Shown: positions 14,251-28,312 of the stretch, in pieces | Layout: each line of letters starts with the position of its first letter | Position numbering within the stretch: position 1 is the first letter of the stretch | Assembly: GCF_964213995.1 (NCBI RefSeq) | Contig: NW_027591117.1 | Location: 1-64,000 of the forward strand | Origin: Mustelus asterias | Taxonomy: Eukaryota | Direction: 5' to 3' | Length of the DNA stretch: 64,000 nucleotides | Notes under the pieces: model-generated | Database searches by the model: none | What the model was told of the DNA's origin: nothing | Seen by the model: the letters and a program-made list of their open reading frames with translations, nothing else | Program-made: the position numbers and the translations under genes

Positions 14251-14659
14251 TGACTCGAAGCAGCCCCGAAGGAGATAATCCAATTCCTCGGACCAACAGT
14301 TCACGGCTTTTTTTGACTGATTTCGTCAAACAATATACGTTTGCTATCAATGCTCATATATATTTTTGCTTCGAAATAGCTCTTTTATTTACATTTTCTC
14401 AATATTGTTACTGGCCACGGTTGTGAGTCTCGAATGCACTCCGACATTGAACCGAACTCGGTATCCCACTGCCGCCTGGTGGCGGCGACCTGAACTGCAA
14501 AATGCAGCTTTCGATCACCTGTGAGTCAAGATTACGTTTAACAGTTTCCGGTCATAAATTCCACTGTTTTTATTTATGCATGATTAGAATTTTAGATGTC
14601 ACCCGGGGTGGAGAAGCTTATTTGATAAGTCCACCTCCTCCAGACAAAGACTATTGCAC

Positions 14660-14800
14660 ACATCCGAAGCATGGACATTCTGTCACTCAGCCGCTGTCCT
14701 CAGCTGCAAAGACAGAAAGATCAGCGGTGAATTTAGAATGTATCTATAATGCTAGATTTTACTCTCTGAAAAGTGCAGCATTCTGAAAATATAAATTGAA
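14660..14800 (+). pseudogene. Possible V FR1 relic
   Basis: GHSVTQPLSSAAKTERSAVNLECIY resembles the DSVTQ...VTLNCxY framework 1. No downstream framework or RSS recognised. Confidence 0.4.
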
Positions 14801-15964
14801 CCGGTTTTGTGCCTTCTTTCTCATAAGCAAAATAAACCAAATTAGTCGGTTCGATCCTGACTATATGCTGATTCAAAACCTCCAAACATTCTCCAAAATC
14901 TTGGCGTTCTCTCGACTTCTTCGTGCCCAGGATTTGAACAGAGAACTCCAGCAATGATTTCAGCAGATTTAGCATCATTTTCCGATATAAATACCAGCGG
15001 TATGAAGACAAAAGCAAAATACTGTGGATATTGGAATCAGAAACCGAAACAGAAAATGCTGGAAAATCTCAGCAGGCCTGACAGCATCTGTGGGGGAGAG
15101 AAAAGAGCCAAAGTTCCGAGTCTAGAAGACTCTTCGTCAGACCTTCGTCTCAACAGTATAAAGGTCGCGTTGAAAAAACCCCAATTTATATTTCTGGCTG
15201 TGTCTTGGTATGTACTGCAGTCAACCATGAATCCACTCAACAGCCAAATTCCAGCGTGCATTAAACTGGATCCGCCAGCTGGGGACGCCAAAGAGACTCA
15301 CCCAGCAACACATAGTCGGTTTTCTGGCTGAAATCGGGTTTTGTGTGCTGGTGAACTGCCATCTTGAACCGCTGCAGTCCCTGAGGTGTAGGTAAACCCA
15401 CAGTGCTCCATTCACTGCCGCCCAGCTCTGAAACCAAGAATTGGGAAACAAACGTACGCTCAGCTGTTTGGAATTAGAAAGAAACCAAATGGTCTGACTG
15501 GATACCACCTTTTCATTCTCAGAAATGAACCAAACCGCAGAGGCATAGGACGTAACTCAACATTAACTTAAATCTTCACTAAAATCATTTCAGGCTCAGC
15601 CCGCTCTGTTCAACTCAACCAATAACTTCCTGCAAACATGTTGGTATTTGCTTTGTATTTGCTCCTCACAATTGCAGCTTTCTTAACTGACACTTTTACA
15701 AAGAACAAAATACTCCTCGTGCAGTCATGTGTTCTGTATTAACAGTATTTTCTCTCGATTTCTAAAGTGGTCTATCACATGATGATGTGAAGCATAATTA
15801 TCGGATGGTAAAAGCACCGGGTTTCATCTGGACAAAACGGGCAATGGCAGTAACAGCGCACTCTGGCTTCATTCAGCACCGTTCCGTCAACCCAGACAAT
15901 GCACTGCAGACGAGAAATGAGGCAAAAGCATCAAATATTTGCCGGTGACCGAATATGTTGCCTA

Positions 15965-16325
15965 GAATCATAGCAAAGCATTCCTACAGTTCGGAAGGAG
16001 GCTATTCGGCCATCGAGCCTGCACCAACAACGATCCCACACAGGCACTATCCCCGTAACCCCATGCAACCCCTGGTAATCTCCCTGATACTCAGGGTCAA
16101 TTTAGCATGGCCAATCAACCTAACCAGCACATCTTTGAAGTGCGGAAGGAAACCGGCGCACCTGGAGGAAACCCACGGAGACAGAGGGAGAATGTGCAGA
16201 CTCCACTCAGACAGTCACCCAAGGCCAGAATTGAACCCGGGTTCCCGGTGCTGTGAGACAGCAGTGGCCCAAGAATGGAAATGGACCCGGGTTCCTGGTG
16301 CTGTGAGGCAGTAGTGCCAACCACT
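15965..16325 (-). mobile_element. HE1-like SINE
   Basis: Reverse complement of the SINE core, with a short internal duplication at the head. Confidence 0.85.
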
Positions 16326-17132
16326 CTGCATCAGAAAGAACAAAGTAATTTTTCTCCTCCCGAATGTCGATAAGTTTTTTTTTCATTTCTCAGTGAGTTC
16401 TGAATAATGTGAATGTTGATTCTGTTTAGGAACTGAGGTGTGAACCATCTGAGAGAATATCCCTCTGAACGGACTCGGTAATTGATGGACTGGGATAATG
16501 TAACAGACCGGAGTTGTACTTAAGTTTTTTTTTCAAAATAAAATTATTAAACTGACTGAATTCGTGTTTAGAATAATGGCTCATAATTGGCCCCTATCCT
16601 GGTGAGCTGCAGACTGGAAAGCTTGTGTGCCCGCCATACCTTGTATCGATTTCACTTCCATTACACCGAAGGAGAGCATCAGCATGTCCCAATCCCAATG
16701 ATTGAAGCACAAATCTCACGATGTCACAACTAAAATGAGAATTCGTGTTTGTTGTCACGTTTCTGTGTGTTGGATCGTGTGGTAGGTATTATTTTCTGGT
16801 CTGTTTCCCTGTCTAGTAACAGTACTACTTCTGAAACATTACATTGAATGTACAACAAGCATTGAGGCATTTTGTGTTTGTGAAAGGTTAAACCGCCAAA
16901 GGGCGCTGTGTTAACGCGTTTTCAACAGTTGTAAACCACAAACTACAGATACAGCCGCCACAGCCCCGCCCCGACCTGCCTTTGCTCTTCCGGTTATCAG
17001 TCATGTAGCCTGGCCTATGTTATTGACATATTGTTGAAGCAGCTCAGTCTTCGTCATTGGTGGGATTTGCAGTGCAGTGGGGAAGCAAACTGTATTTTTC
17101 ATCCGACAGGGTGACGGAATCAGGGAGCAGCA

Positions 17133-17599
17133 ATGCAGAAGTACCCGGCACTGCTCCTCATCATTACATCATTCCTCAGTAAGTATCTCCTTTCTTGCAA
17201 AAGATATATTCTCCCCAAGTGCTCCAACCGAGAGTCAAAAGAGTCTCGTTCATTGAGATGATGCGATGCTGACAATACTTATGGTTTTCTGTCAGAATGG
17301 AGTCACGAAGCAGCAGGGGAACAGTGGTACTCGGGAATGGCAGTGGAGGAGGGAAGCAATGTCACTCTAACCTGCAACATGAAGAGAAGCGATCGTCGAA
17401 GTTATGTGTTCTGGTACCGCCGTCGCTCTGGACAGCACCCACAATGTGTCATTCGTATCATAGGAGATAATGTAAAAAGAAACCTCGGTATCACTGATCG
17501 ATTCTCTTCAATGTTTGATGCGAGCAGCAAGATTACAGAGCTAACCATTAGCAACGCAATGCTCTCTGACTCTGCAGCATATTCCTGTGCTGTGAATCA
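17133..17599 (+). CDS. TCR alpha/delta V gene segment, intact and divergent
   Basis: Leader 17133-17178 MQKYPALLLIITSFL. V exon 17296-17599 with LTC, FWYRR, YSCAVN and an extra Cys in FR2. RSS CACAGTG-24-ACCAAAACA at 17600-17639. Confidence 0.88.
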
Positions 17600-17939
17600 C
17601 ACAGTGCTTCAAAGATAGAGCATGTCCCGTACCAAAACACACGGTGGCTTTCTCCAATTCGTTGTCAAGAGAAGTTTGACAACAATCAACAGAATAGAAA
17701 GCTGGACCTTCCGCCAATCTGATCAACCTGAAATGTTAAAACATTGAACAATTTGCCCTATTCACTTTTTGCCTTCACTCCTGAAGGCAGCAAATAAATC
17801 TGACAACCTGCAACAATCTGATCTGGAAACATTTTGCGAACATCACGAGCGGCATCATGGTCAACAATAATAATCAAATGGGGCTTGTGGGGGGTGGTGG
17901 TGGTGGATGGCCGGCGGTTGTCGGGGAATCCAGACTCCG

Positions 17940-18240
17940 CGTGCGAATCTCATCACGGCAGATTGTGGAATTTGATTGCAAAATGTCTGGAATTAAAAGG
18001 ATAATTATTGTCTTTAGAAACCCTTTTGGAGCACTGAAGCCCTCAAACGGCAGAGAAGAACGAAACTTACCGCCCTTAATGAGTGGGTAAGAAGGGAGTG
18101 GGGAATCGGTTTTCTGCATCTGTAGACAATTTGAAAAGTGACAGGAATTTCGCCACCCACGGGCTGCGGCAGTCTGACAGCGCGGTGTGTTACTGCGGAA
18201 TGAGAGACAGTGACAGAAGCCAGAGGAAACCTGGGACACT
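17940..18240 (+). pseudogene. Degenerate V relic
   Basis: VEFDCKMS and, in another frame, NRFSASVD...LRQSDSAVCYCGMR. Heptamer decayed to GACAGTG. Confidence 0.65.
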
Positions 18241-19329
18241 GCTGCAGTCTGGCAAATGGAATGGGTGGCAGACGGGGAGAAAGCGGGACCTTCTGAACCT
18301 ATCAGCAGATTGATGTGGCTCAAAATTAACCCGAATTATGAACAAGCTCAGTGCAACAGGTGCAGCACTGGGGAAGCTTTCCTCTCTCCCAGACTCTGCC
18401 CAATAGACGCTGAACATGATGCTCAGATTTGTTTGGGGAATTTACACCATTTCGTAAATTGAGGATATTGTGGAAAAAAGCTGTGAAAGATATTGGTTTA
18501 CAGCATGGAAAAACACGAAATGAAGATAAACAAATGGAAAGACGGTGAGTGGGTCAGAGACAGAGACCGTGGTAGATATAGAGGCACAGATTGGGAGAGA
18601 CAGGTAGAGATACAGACAGATAACCATGAGGAAAGAGAATGATAGAAACGAGGGAGAGACATGGAGATAAATATTGGCACAGACAGGGGAAGAAATGAAG
18701 AAGAGACAGAGGCGGGAAGGGAAACAGATGAGGATACGGCGAAGAGGCCGTGAGGGAAACAGATGCAGATATATGGAGACAATACAGAAGGGGGAACATA
18801 GAGAGACAAATGTGCAGAGATCACTAGAAACAGAGAGGTAGACAGTGAGACAACCAAAGGGGCGCAGTGAGAAAAACAATGTCCCAAATGGAATCAGGAA
18901 TTCAACAGGGAGAAATAAAAATAACATAATATAATGCAGTCCATGGATAGGCCGAATGGCCTCATTCGATGCTCACCGATTCAATGATTGTCGATGCTTC
19001 ATGTCCCAGCCATAAACATTTAATTTTAGACACTTGAACAGTGAGCAGGTGCAGGATGATCGGAGACTTCTGTAGATTCAAGCGTCGCTATTTCCGCTCC
19101 CACAGCATCCAGTGCAGCTGAGAGTCACGGCAAACCCCACTCAATATTGAGCCTGTGGTAACCCCGCCCACAGCTTCCGTTTGCTGCTCTCACTCTGACC
19201 CGATTGGACAGATTGCTGCCACTGCTCCATTCCTCTCATTGGATCAGCAGTGCAGTGGGACGGGGATCTTTAGTTCTGTTTCTGACAGAGGATTTCTCTC
19301 ACTACAGAGTTACAGACTCAGGAAGGATC

Positions 19330-19834
19330 ATGGGGATCCAGCTCTTTCCGATCCTCATCGTTATCTCACTTCTCAGTAAGTATTTCCTTCCCAATAAAAC
19401 TCCATTCTGCTCCTGACTGCTGTAACCCAGATGTTATTGTTATTAAAACAACAGTGACGATGTTGATGATAATTGCATCGTTTAATCTGAGGCTGACTCT
19501 AATTGTCATTATTGCTGTTCCTTCCGTTAGAATGGAGCCAGCAAGACAAAGTGGAACAACAGGATTCTGAAATATCGGTTAAAGAGGAAAGTAATGTCAC
19601 ACTGACCTGCTCCTTGGAAACAAGCAATTACAACCCTGATGTGTACTGGTACAGTCAGCAGCCCGGGAAAGCTCCAGTGGACATGTTTCAGCTTATTGGG
19701 GAGAATGTGCAAAGGAATACCGACCTCAGTGATCGGTTTTCTTCTACATTTGATAAAAAGAACAAGACTAGCGAGCTGACGATCAGTAACACACTGATCT
19801 CTGACAGCGCCGTTTATTTCTGTGCTATGAAGCC
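19330..19834 (+). CDS. TCR alpha/delta V gene segment, intact; inverted paralog of the 12-kb V
   Basis: Leader 19330-19375 MGIQLFPILIVISLL. V exon 19531-19834 ending YFCAMKP. RSS CACACTG-24-ACAAAAACC at 19835-19874. Confidence 0.93.
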
Positions 19835-21206
19835 CACACTGCTGCAGAGATATAGCGAATCCCGTACAAAAACCACACACAGGCAGTTCCAGTCAGTGCC
19901 CAGTAGGGTGCGCTCACACACACGCGGGCAATTCAGTTTCCACAGAGAGAGTGACAGGAAGATTGTTCACATTGCAACAAAACACAACACTCAAAAACAG
20001 AAACTGGTGTGGTTCAGTTTCACATTTACATTTGCTAATGATCGTAACTTACATTTGCAATTGAAATAAGATTGACAGATCGATCTGAGATACAGTATCG
20101 CCTTTTTTTTTGGTTTTCGATACCTTTCCCTGCCTATTTATTCCAAACACGTTCTTGTATTTACTGATTTATGGGAGTTGTGCACATTTCACTTTTCTAG
20201 TCTTTAACGTAAGAATTTAAAGCTTTTTCTGACACCTTGTACATCCATTCAGAACCTCCCCAATTCGTCTGCTCAGCGATTCAGTCCCACTTTCCATCCT
20301 CCTCACTGATTAAGATTTCGCTTTGTATTGAATCATTTACTAACCCTGGCACTCCTAGTGCGAGGCTGCTCGGACGCAGTATGGAATGGACATTCAGCTG
20401 CCGCTCTTACAGAGAAGCAAATTTATAGAATTTCTAATGAGACATTGTTATTGAGATGAAATCCTTACAGATAAATCCTAGCTGTCACTTCACTGCGTGT
20501 GGTCGCCCCACGCACAGCTTTCCTGTGCTGTTCTCACTCTGACCCGTCTCACCTCTGCTGTTTTATTAGAGGTTTTATTGGGGATATTGATCTTTGCCGC
20601 TTTTCCCTGTTTGGCACTGATTGAATCAGTAGTTGAATGGGGAGGCAAGATATATCACCATGTCTGAAAGAGGATTTCACAGACTACAAATTAAAAAGTG
20701 AGGGAACATCAAATGGAAATATATCAGACCATTCATTATTCCATCACCTCTTATGAAGTAGATGTTTCAACTCAACATTTATCCTCCCCCGCATCATAGC
20801 TGCTATCCAAAACATGATTGATAACAAACTGTTTGTTATGTTGCTGTAAGAATGAATATTGTCATTCTCCATGTCGAAACAGAGCCATCAAGACTCAGGG
20901 GACCGGTCGTTGTCTGAAATGACGGCTGAAGAGGAAAGTAATCCCCTGTAGTGGGATGACCAAATTCACTTTGTTGCTTTCGTCCCTCCGCCAAGAGGAT
21001 GAATTGGAGATGAAGGAACTGTGAGGTCATTGCTTGAATTGGAAATCAAAGGAGCTTGAAGCCGATTGGATGTTATCTGATGCTGTTTTCAGCAGTGAAC
21101 CAATCAACAGGGGCCCGGATATGACTCAGCCTCTTCCCACCTCTTGAGTAAAACAACTTCAGCTTCAACCCGTTCTGGTCAAATCCGCTTCCAGCTCTCT
21201 GCAAAC

Positions 21207-22110
21207 ATGTCTCCTGTTACTCTGTATTTATTCCTCATAGCGACAGCTCTTTTAACCGGTAGGTTCACAAGTTGCTCAATTCTGTGTTGTACATCATTCC
21301 CACATAATATATTCTGTCAGGTGGTTCGCTCAATGCAAGGGGGAGAGAATGGATTGATCACAAAATCGAAAAATTGTCATGATCCCGCTGGTCTCAACAC
21401 TGAGCACTGTTGGGATTAGGCACATTTCTCCCATGGAATGAGAAAGAATGAGTTGGGCTCAGATTGAAGCTCCTCTGATACCAGTGAATGATTTTGGCAA
21501 ACATCACATTTCAAACAGACCGTGAGCGGTTTCCAGTTACAGGGACTGAAGGCGAGGAACTGATCTCTTTAGAAAGAAGAGAATGTTTATGGTGGAAGTT
21601 TTATTTAATCGCCACAAGCACCTTCCCTTTCTAGCCGCTGAACTGTGAAATATATGTTTTGTTGTGCTGTGTGATTTCTTTCTGAGATTATTGTTCAAGA
21701 TTACGGCAGATTCGAGGGTTTGGGGGGGGGGGGGTTCGGGGTGGGGGTGGGGGGCAGAGTGAAGTCGCATTGTTTAGATTAATATTCCTTTGCGTTCTTA
21801 CAGGACACTGTGGAGGAGATTCTGTTTCACAGACACCGGCTGCAGTCACCGTCACTGAAGGAAATATTGTTCAGTTGCTCTGTAATTATACAGCTACAAG
21901 TACTAGCACTCCTTATTTATTCTGGTACCGTCAGCATTCCAGTGGGTCCATGGAGTTTCTGCTGAGGAGGTATAAATACAGTGGCAACACAGAGGTGTCC
22001 TCAGGGGAACGTTTTTCAGCGGAACTCAATGATACAATCCGCACCGTCCCGTTGAAAGTGTCTAAAACAGAGCTGGCAGACTCCGGGGTTTATTACTGCG
22101 CACTGAGTCC
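21207..22110 (+). CDS. TCR alpha/delta V gene segment, intact
   Basis: Leader 21207-21258 MSPVTLYLFLIATALLT. V exon 21804-22110 DSVSQ...LCNY...FWYRQ...YYCALSP. RSS CACAGAG-23-ACAAAAACT at 22111-22149. Confidence 0.93.
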
Positions 22111-23674
22111 CACAGAGACACAGAGCTGGGCTGAACCTGTACAAAAACTATCAGAGCCTCACTCAACATAACAGAGCGTTAGGCAAACATTGGATCAGAG
22201 TGAGTCTGAAATGGAACCTGAAATCGTGGTGATTTCTCAATCTTTCACTGAGAATATTTTTATGAATAACAAATATATTGCAAAATTAAAACACCGGGAC
22301 ACTTAAAAGTATGAGCATGATAATATTTGTAAATTGTAATGTCCCGAAGTGTCGTAAACACAGCAGCTAATTTGGACTCAGCATATTATTTCATTCAGTA
22401 ATATTGCAGTGCTCTGGCTGTGTCAGTCACTGCGACTGGTGAACAGATATCGAACAGGATGTTTCTCTTGCTCTTTTTGGAAACAGTGACCATGTGGCAC
22501 CTCCACCTGAGAGGGAAGACGGTGCCCCAGATTTAACAGGTCACCGCGAGGCTGGCAGCTCTGACAGTGCAGTATTTCTAAGCACTGCACTGTCTCCTCG
22601 GTAAGTTCCCGGAGTATTGTTCTGGATAGATTGCCGGTGTCCCCTGGAGTGGAAATAATCTCTGAAGGGACTGGAGGACAGTATTCGGGAAGTCTCGGGG
22701 CGTGGTGACCAGTCGTTAACCCAATCTGGGAAAAACAAACTGAAATAACGAAAATGAAATTAAAAATAAACATTATCGGTCCCCGTGGAAACAGAAAGAC
22801 AATGAATGCAACCTCTACAAACAAGTATCCCTCGAAAAAAGAGAACTTACGTTTACTGATGTGACGCCTTTCACAGGCTCCAGAAGTGAAATGGGACTTG
22901 CGAACCTCAGGAATGTCATTTCCAGTGTAGTCGGTGTGGTGATGGTTACAAACGGTATCAGCGCAGCAGGCAGTGGGAATGTTTAATTCTCAGTCAGAAA
23001 TTCCCGTCACTCTGACCCTGGAGTAAAGGGATTGGGGAATCCAAATATGTGCCGGTTACATTGAATTTGTCGCAAATTTGAACCAAATAATGGACACCTC
23101 TCTCTCTCTCTCTTCCTCTCTTTCCATCCATCCTCTCTCTTTCTCTTTCTGCGACATTGAGGAGCCATGTTGACGATCCATATTGTCCTAAATGCCTTCC
23201 TCAGACTACCCAATGACATTAGAATACAATGCTTTATAGAGTTCACTCTCTAAGTCTCCTGTCCCCCCCTCACCCTCCAGGCATCATGCCCTGACGTGGC
23301 GCTGGGTGACCAGAGACTTCCATTAGATTTCTCCATGATTATGCCTGACAAATTACTGCAGTGGCTTTGATTACCTCCTGCAGTCTGTGTGACCAGGAAA
23401 CTCTCCTGTTCTCACCACCGTCATCAGTCATATTGGAAGAATTGAGACCCTGATATTCAACATTGGGTGACCAGGCGAAGAACACACCTCAGTAGCCAAA
23501 AGGCCGCAAAGCCTTATGTAGGACAGAAAGGAAGAATTCTGGCAAGCTGGTCTTTATATAATTTGGGTTCAATTACAAATCCACAATGCAGTTCACAGAT
23601 CTGATTCAGTAAGAGGAGGTGAGAGTGCCTTTGCCGGTTTTTGTACGGGTTGACTGTGCCTCTGTAACAGTGTG

Positions 23675-24110
23675 GGGCTCAGTGCACAGTGATACACGGC
23701 AGAGTCAGAGACATGGACCCCGGTGATTGTTAAAGGAACTGTTCTCTTGTCTTGGGCCAATTCAGCCGAAAACCGGTCAGGAAAATCTGGAGACTTTTCC
23801 CCCTGTCCCTTGCCGTATTTCTTCAGTAAATATCTCGGAGCTTCCCTGGGATACTGGATGTACCAGAAGAAAGTTGTCATAGTGCTTTTTGCTGTGTAGT
23901 TGCAGTTCAATATTACCGTCTGTCCTTCCTGAACTGTTACTTCGGGCGGCTCCTGGGAAACTGAATCTTGGCCACTGGTTCCTGTAACAACATATAGAAT
24001 GTGTGAGAAATCTGAGTGAATATCACCCATGAAACACAGACTGAGGATTTGAGCTCAGACTCACCGGGCAGCGTGACCATTATTATCAGTAAAGCACACA
24101 GGGAACACAT
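23675..24110 (-). CDS. TCR alpha/delta V gene segment, intact (YHC family)
   Basis: Leader 24110-24065 MCSLCALLIIMVTLP. V exon 23981-23675 ending VYHCALSP. RSS CACACTG-23-ACAAAAACC at 23674-23636. Confidence 0.93.
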
Positions 24111-24779
24111 GGTTCCTGATTGGACAGTAAACAGCCACACTGTTTAAACGATGTTGCTGCTTCTAGTTTATATCACAGAGTCAACTCAGATCAGAGGCAA
24201 CTGCAATTATTGGGAAACTGGGGGGCGGGGGGGGGCGTTTCTCAGTGCTACGATTGGCTAGTCTCCCTGAGATGACGGTACCTTTGGACCAATCACTGTT
24301 AGTTGAGGAGGAAGTACAGCTGGTTTTCTCCAATCAATTGTCGCCCCGGCTCTGTGTGTCTCTCTTGCTCTCGGTCATAATATCAGTCATTCTGACTCCT
24401 TCTCGGTTTAACTCGCTTTCCTTCGAATTCAATGTCGATATATTTCTTTCGGTAGATCTTTCTCCTAATTAAGGTGAAAAGTGAAGCAGATAATTTGAAA
24501 TCCGTCTGATGAACAGTTCTTGAGTGCCGCCCAGTGCATGAGGATAATTAATAGATGCCGTTTTAATACACCAAGAAAACTAATCACCCAACTCCACATT
24601 GAGATTAGGTTCCACTCGGAAGGCATTGATTTCAGTCAGTCAATAGTTTTAACCCAGCAGCTTCAACATGTGACAACTTTGAGTCTGTCTTTGATATTTG
24701 ATCACTTTGGAAAAGTGCGGTCTGTCAGAGAGTTAACTGATCTGGAACATTTAAAGTGCAGATTGATGACGTGTTTCAC

Positions 24780-25400
24780 CCTTTCTATACCCTTCATAAT
24801 TTTGTACACCTCTATTAGGTCTCCCCTCATTCTCCGTCTTTCCAGGGAGAACAAGCCCAGTTTACCCAATCTCTCCTCATAGCTAAGACCCTCCATACCA
24901 GGCAACATCCTGGTAAACCTTCTCTGCACTCTGTCTAAAGCCTCCACGTCCTTCTGGTAGTGCGGTGACCAGAACTGGACACAGTATTCCAAATGTGGCC
25001 TAACCAGCGTTCTATACAGCTGCATCATCAGACTCCAGCTTTTATACTCCATACCCCGTCCTATAAAGGCAAGCATACCATATGCCTTCTTCACCACCTT
25101 CTCCACCTGTGCTGCCACCTTCAAGGATTTGTGGACTTGCACACCTAGGTCCCTCTGTGTTTTTATACTCCTGATGGCTCTGCCATTTATTGTATAACTC
25201 CCCCCTACATTAGTTCTTCCAAAATGCATCACTTCGCATTTATCTGGATTAAATTCCATCTGCCATTTCTCCGCCCAATTTTCCAGCCTATCTATATCCT
25301 GCTGTATTGTCCGACAATGTTCATCGCTATCCGCAAGTCCAGCCATCCGCAAACGTGCTGATTACACCAGTTACACCTTCTTCCAAATCATTTATACATA
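24780..25400 (-). mobile_element. CR1-type LINE ORF2 fragment
   Basis: WQMEFNPDKCEVMHFG...LVRPHLEYCVQFWSP...LERRRMRGDLIEVYKI. Confidence 0.93.
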
Positions 25401-25810
25401 TCACAAACTGTCTAAACCCCAACAGTACGTTCTAATCACATAGACACTATGCACCGGCTGTGATAAATGGGACACAGAGAGTAGAGATTGAGAATGTGTT
25501 GCTGATTAATTCAGATAGACAGGAAAAGATCATGGAAATACAAAACGTGAATGAGAGCATAATAACTTGGTTTGCGAAATTATTTTGCAGTCTAAATGAA
25601 AGTTACAACGTACCTAAAACAATTCCTCTGTTGCTGCTCACTTGTTCATGTTGAATCTTGTGTTGTGTTATTTTAGTAACGGCCCTGAACTCTCACAGAC
25701 TAAATAATTGCTTCTGTTTATCAGTGCGGGAGCGCCCTCTGCTGATCACTAACTGGAACCCCCAGCCTGGGGTTTTTGTCCGGGGTTCGCTATATCTCTG
25801 CACCAGTGTG

Positions 25811-26234
25811 GGCTCCACGGCACAGAAATACACGGCGCTGTCAGAGAGAAGCGTTCCGGCGATATTTAAAAGGACCGTTTTGTTTCCTTTGTGTAAAACA
25901 GCAGAGAATCTATCCGGAGGATTTTCAGACGTGCCGCCCGTGCTTTATATCGTCAACAAATATTTCGGAGCTTCCCCGGGAGACTTGATGTACCAGAAGA
26001 GAGTCGCAGCACCAGCTGTCGAGTAACTGCAAGGCAGTGTTATGGACTGTCGATCCTGAACCATTAATTCAGGCGGATCTTGGGACACTTCATCTTTGCC
26101 ATTGGTTCCTGCAACAAATTGCAGAATCTATTAAATATCTGGAGGAGAACGCTGGGAACAGACAGTGATTATTTAAACACAAACTCACCGGGTATCAAAA
26201 CCAACAGTATTAGTAAAGAACATTGGGAGAACAT
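25811..26234 (-). pseudogene. TCR V pseudogene, single nonsense codon
   Basis: Leader 26234-26189. V exon 26108-25811 otherwise open (LPCSY, FWYIK, YFCAVEP) but TAA at 25947-25945. RSS CACACTG-24-ACAAAAACC at 25810-25771. Confidence 0.9.
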
Positions 26235-27139
26235 GCTTCCTGCTTCCGTATTCCACAAAATCAGCGGAATTGTAAAATTATTTCAGCTCTTGTACTCTGT
26301 TGTGAAGAAGTAATTTGATATCATGAGCAGTCCTCATTTATTGGAGGACTAAGAGGCGTTACCCAATGACAGGATTGGCTTGTTTCTCAGTGTTGTCAAG
26401 AACTGGCTATCGAACAACATTGGTTGTAGCCCAATTACTTTATCTGACTATTTCTCTGTCTGCTCCTGCCTGTCTTTCTCTGCGCCTCCGGTTCTCTGTT
26501 CGCCTCAATGACCATCCTGCACTCTCAATATTTTGTCCACTAGTGCCTGTCTCCTCTCTCTGTGTCTCAGATCCCCTCTCTCCCTCAACCGTTTTCCAGG
26601 AAAGTGTAGAATGTGGACCATGCAATTTCTGCCAGTCTCCCATTTCAATAAATTCTCCAAGCCCCCATTAGAGGACATCTGATAGTTACCATAATGAGAA
26701 AAGTTTAAAATTGAAGCAGGTACACTAAAATCCGGCAGTCTGTCAGATAAATGGGAGTTAGGAGTGAAATTTACATCCTTTCGATGTGTGGAGAGAGCTT
26801 TATCAAGAGTTCGAATCTTATCAGTATTGCTGTGGTTTCAAATGTTGTAACACGAATATAGTTTAACAGAAAGGCCTGGAACACTCAAAACAGGTAAAGC
26901 AATTAATTGATGAGGATTCAAACTGATGCTCGTATTAATTCCGTGCATGGGTCCTCCTGAATATAAGTATATTATAATGAGAATAATAAGAAAAAGAAAG
27001 AAGTACAGCAGCATAATCCTGCAACAAGATCCTTCAGTAATCTGAGAATTCACTGATCTCTCAAGAAGAGGCCATTTACCTTACATCACCACCAGAGGGC
27101 GATCCCTCACCGTGTTTTTGTGTTAACTGTATCAGGAGC

Positions 27140-27400
27140 GGGTTCCATAACGCATGGATACGTTCGGGAGCCATAATCCAGGAGGACAGGATGAATTGCT
27201 GGATTGCACAGTGAAATGATACAGAGCAGTAATGTAGGAGAAAACTGCTTTAATTGTTGGATTACAAAGTTAAATATTACAGAGCAGAAATCTCGGAGAA
27301 CTGGATTAATTCTTGGATTACACATGATGTGTCACAGAATAGTAATCCGGGAGAACTGGATTAATTGTTAGAATACATTGTAATATCTTACAGAGCAGAT
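27140..27400 (+). repeat. Degenerate ~60-bp tandem repeat, ~4 copies
   Basis: Recurrent cagagcagtaatccgggagaactggattaattg-like unit. Confidence 0.6.
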
Positions 27401-27965
27401 ATGGATGCTAAATTTGCTGACAACACAAAGTTAGGTAGGAAAATAAGTGGTGAAGTGGATGTAAGGAGGCGATAAAGTGAAATAAATAGATAAAATGAAT
27501 TTGCAAAGCCCCGCCAAATTGATTATAATGTGGACAAACGTGAAAATGTTCATTTTAGCATGATCAATATAAAATACGCTCAGTATCTAAATGGTGAGAG
27601 ATCACAACGTTCTGAGGGACAGAGGGATTGGGCTGTCCCGGGGCACGAATCGAAAGGGGCTAATGTACAGGTATAGTAATTAATTAAAAACGTCAGAAAA
27701 TGTTATCATTCACTACGAGTGAGTCGATTATATAATATGAAGGATGTGTTTCCGTTGTACGGGGCATTGGTGAGACCACACCTGGAGTATTGCGGACAAT
27801 ACGTATCTCCTTATCTAAAGAATGATGGTAATGCGTTAGAAAACGTTCAGAGTAGGTTTGCTACTGGGTACGTGTATCTGTGGAAGCGGAAAGAATAGTG
27901 ATTTGGGGTTTGTATCCATTTGAGTTTCGAAAATTCAGAAATAACGTCATTGAAACCTTTAAAAC
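27400..27965 (+). mobile_element. Old CR1-type LINE fragment
   Basis: aaatttgctgacaacacaaag and ttggtgagaccacacctggagtattg (LVRPHLEYC) remnants. Confidence 0.75.
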
Positions 27966-28312
27966 CCTAATTCACGGTGTGAATTGTTCCTCGTGTCCGT
28001 GTTGTAGCTGTACTGGACATTTCTGGGGCTTTGTATTTCTCGGCGTGGATATACCTGGGCTTTTGATTCTCCATCTGTTCGAATGCGGTTGTACTGTCCA
28101 CGGGAGGGCGCTCTCTGATCGCTTACCAAACATCAGCGTCGCCTTCTTCGGAGAGTGACTATTTGCAGATATAAAAATGGGCGAGGGGAATAGATCCCAG
28201 CCAATCGCATTACACCTTGCTGACTCTTTCAACTTCTCACATTCCAGGTCCGGTACAGACAGAGATCATTGTTTCCGTTTCTGGAGCTCAGACTGGAACG
28301 CTGGGGGTGAAA

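Noticed and set aside
14800-15000. Minus-strand V-like fragment with a nonamer-like ACAAAACC
   Set aside because: No heptamer at the right distance and no conserved Cys.
22540-22740. Possible minus-strand V relic (GDSAVLRNTALS)
   Set aside because: No Cys, WY motif or RSS recognisable; similarity too weak.
25658-26026. Plus-strand ORFs overlapping V exons (also 11844, 19527, 41546, 50890)
   Set aside because: Antisense shadows of V exons.
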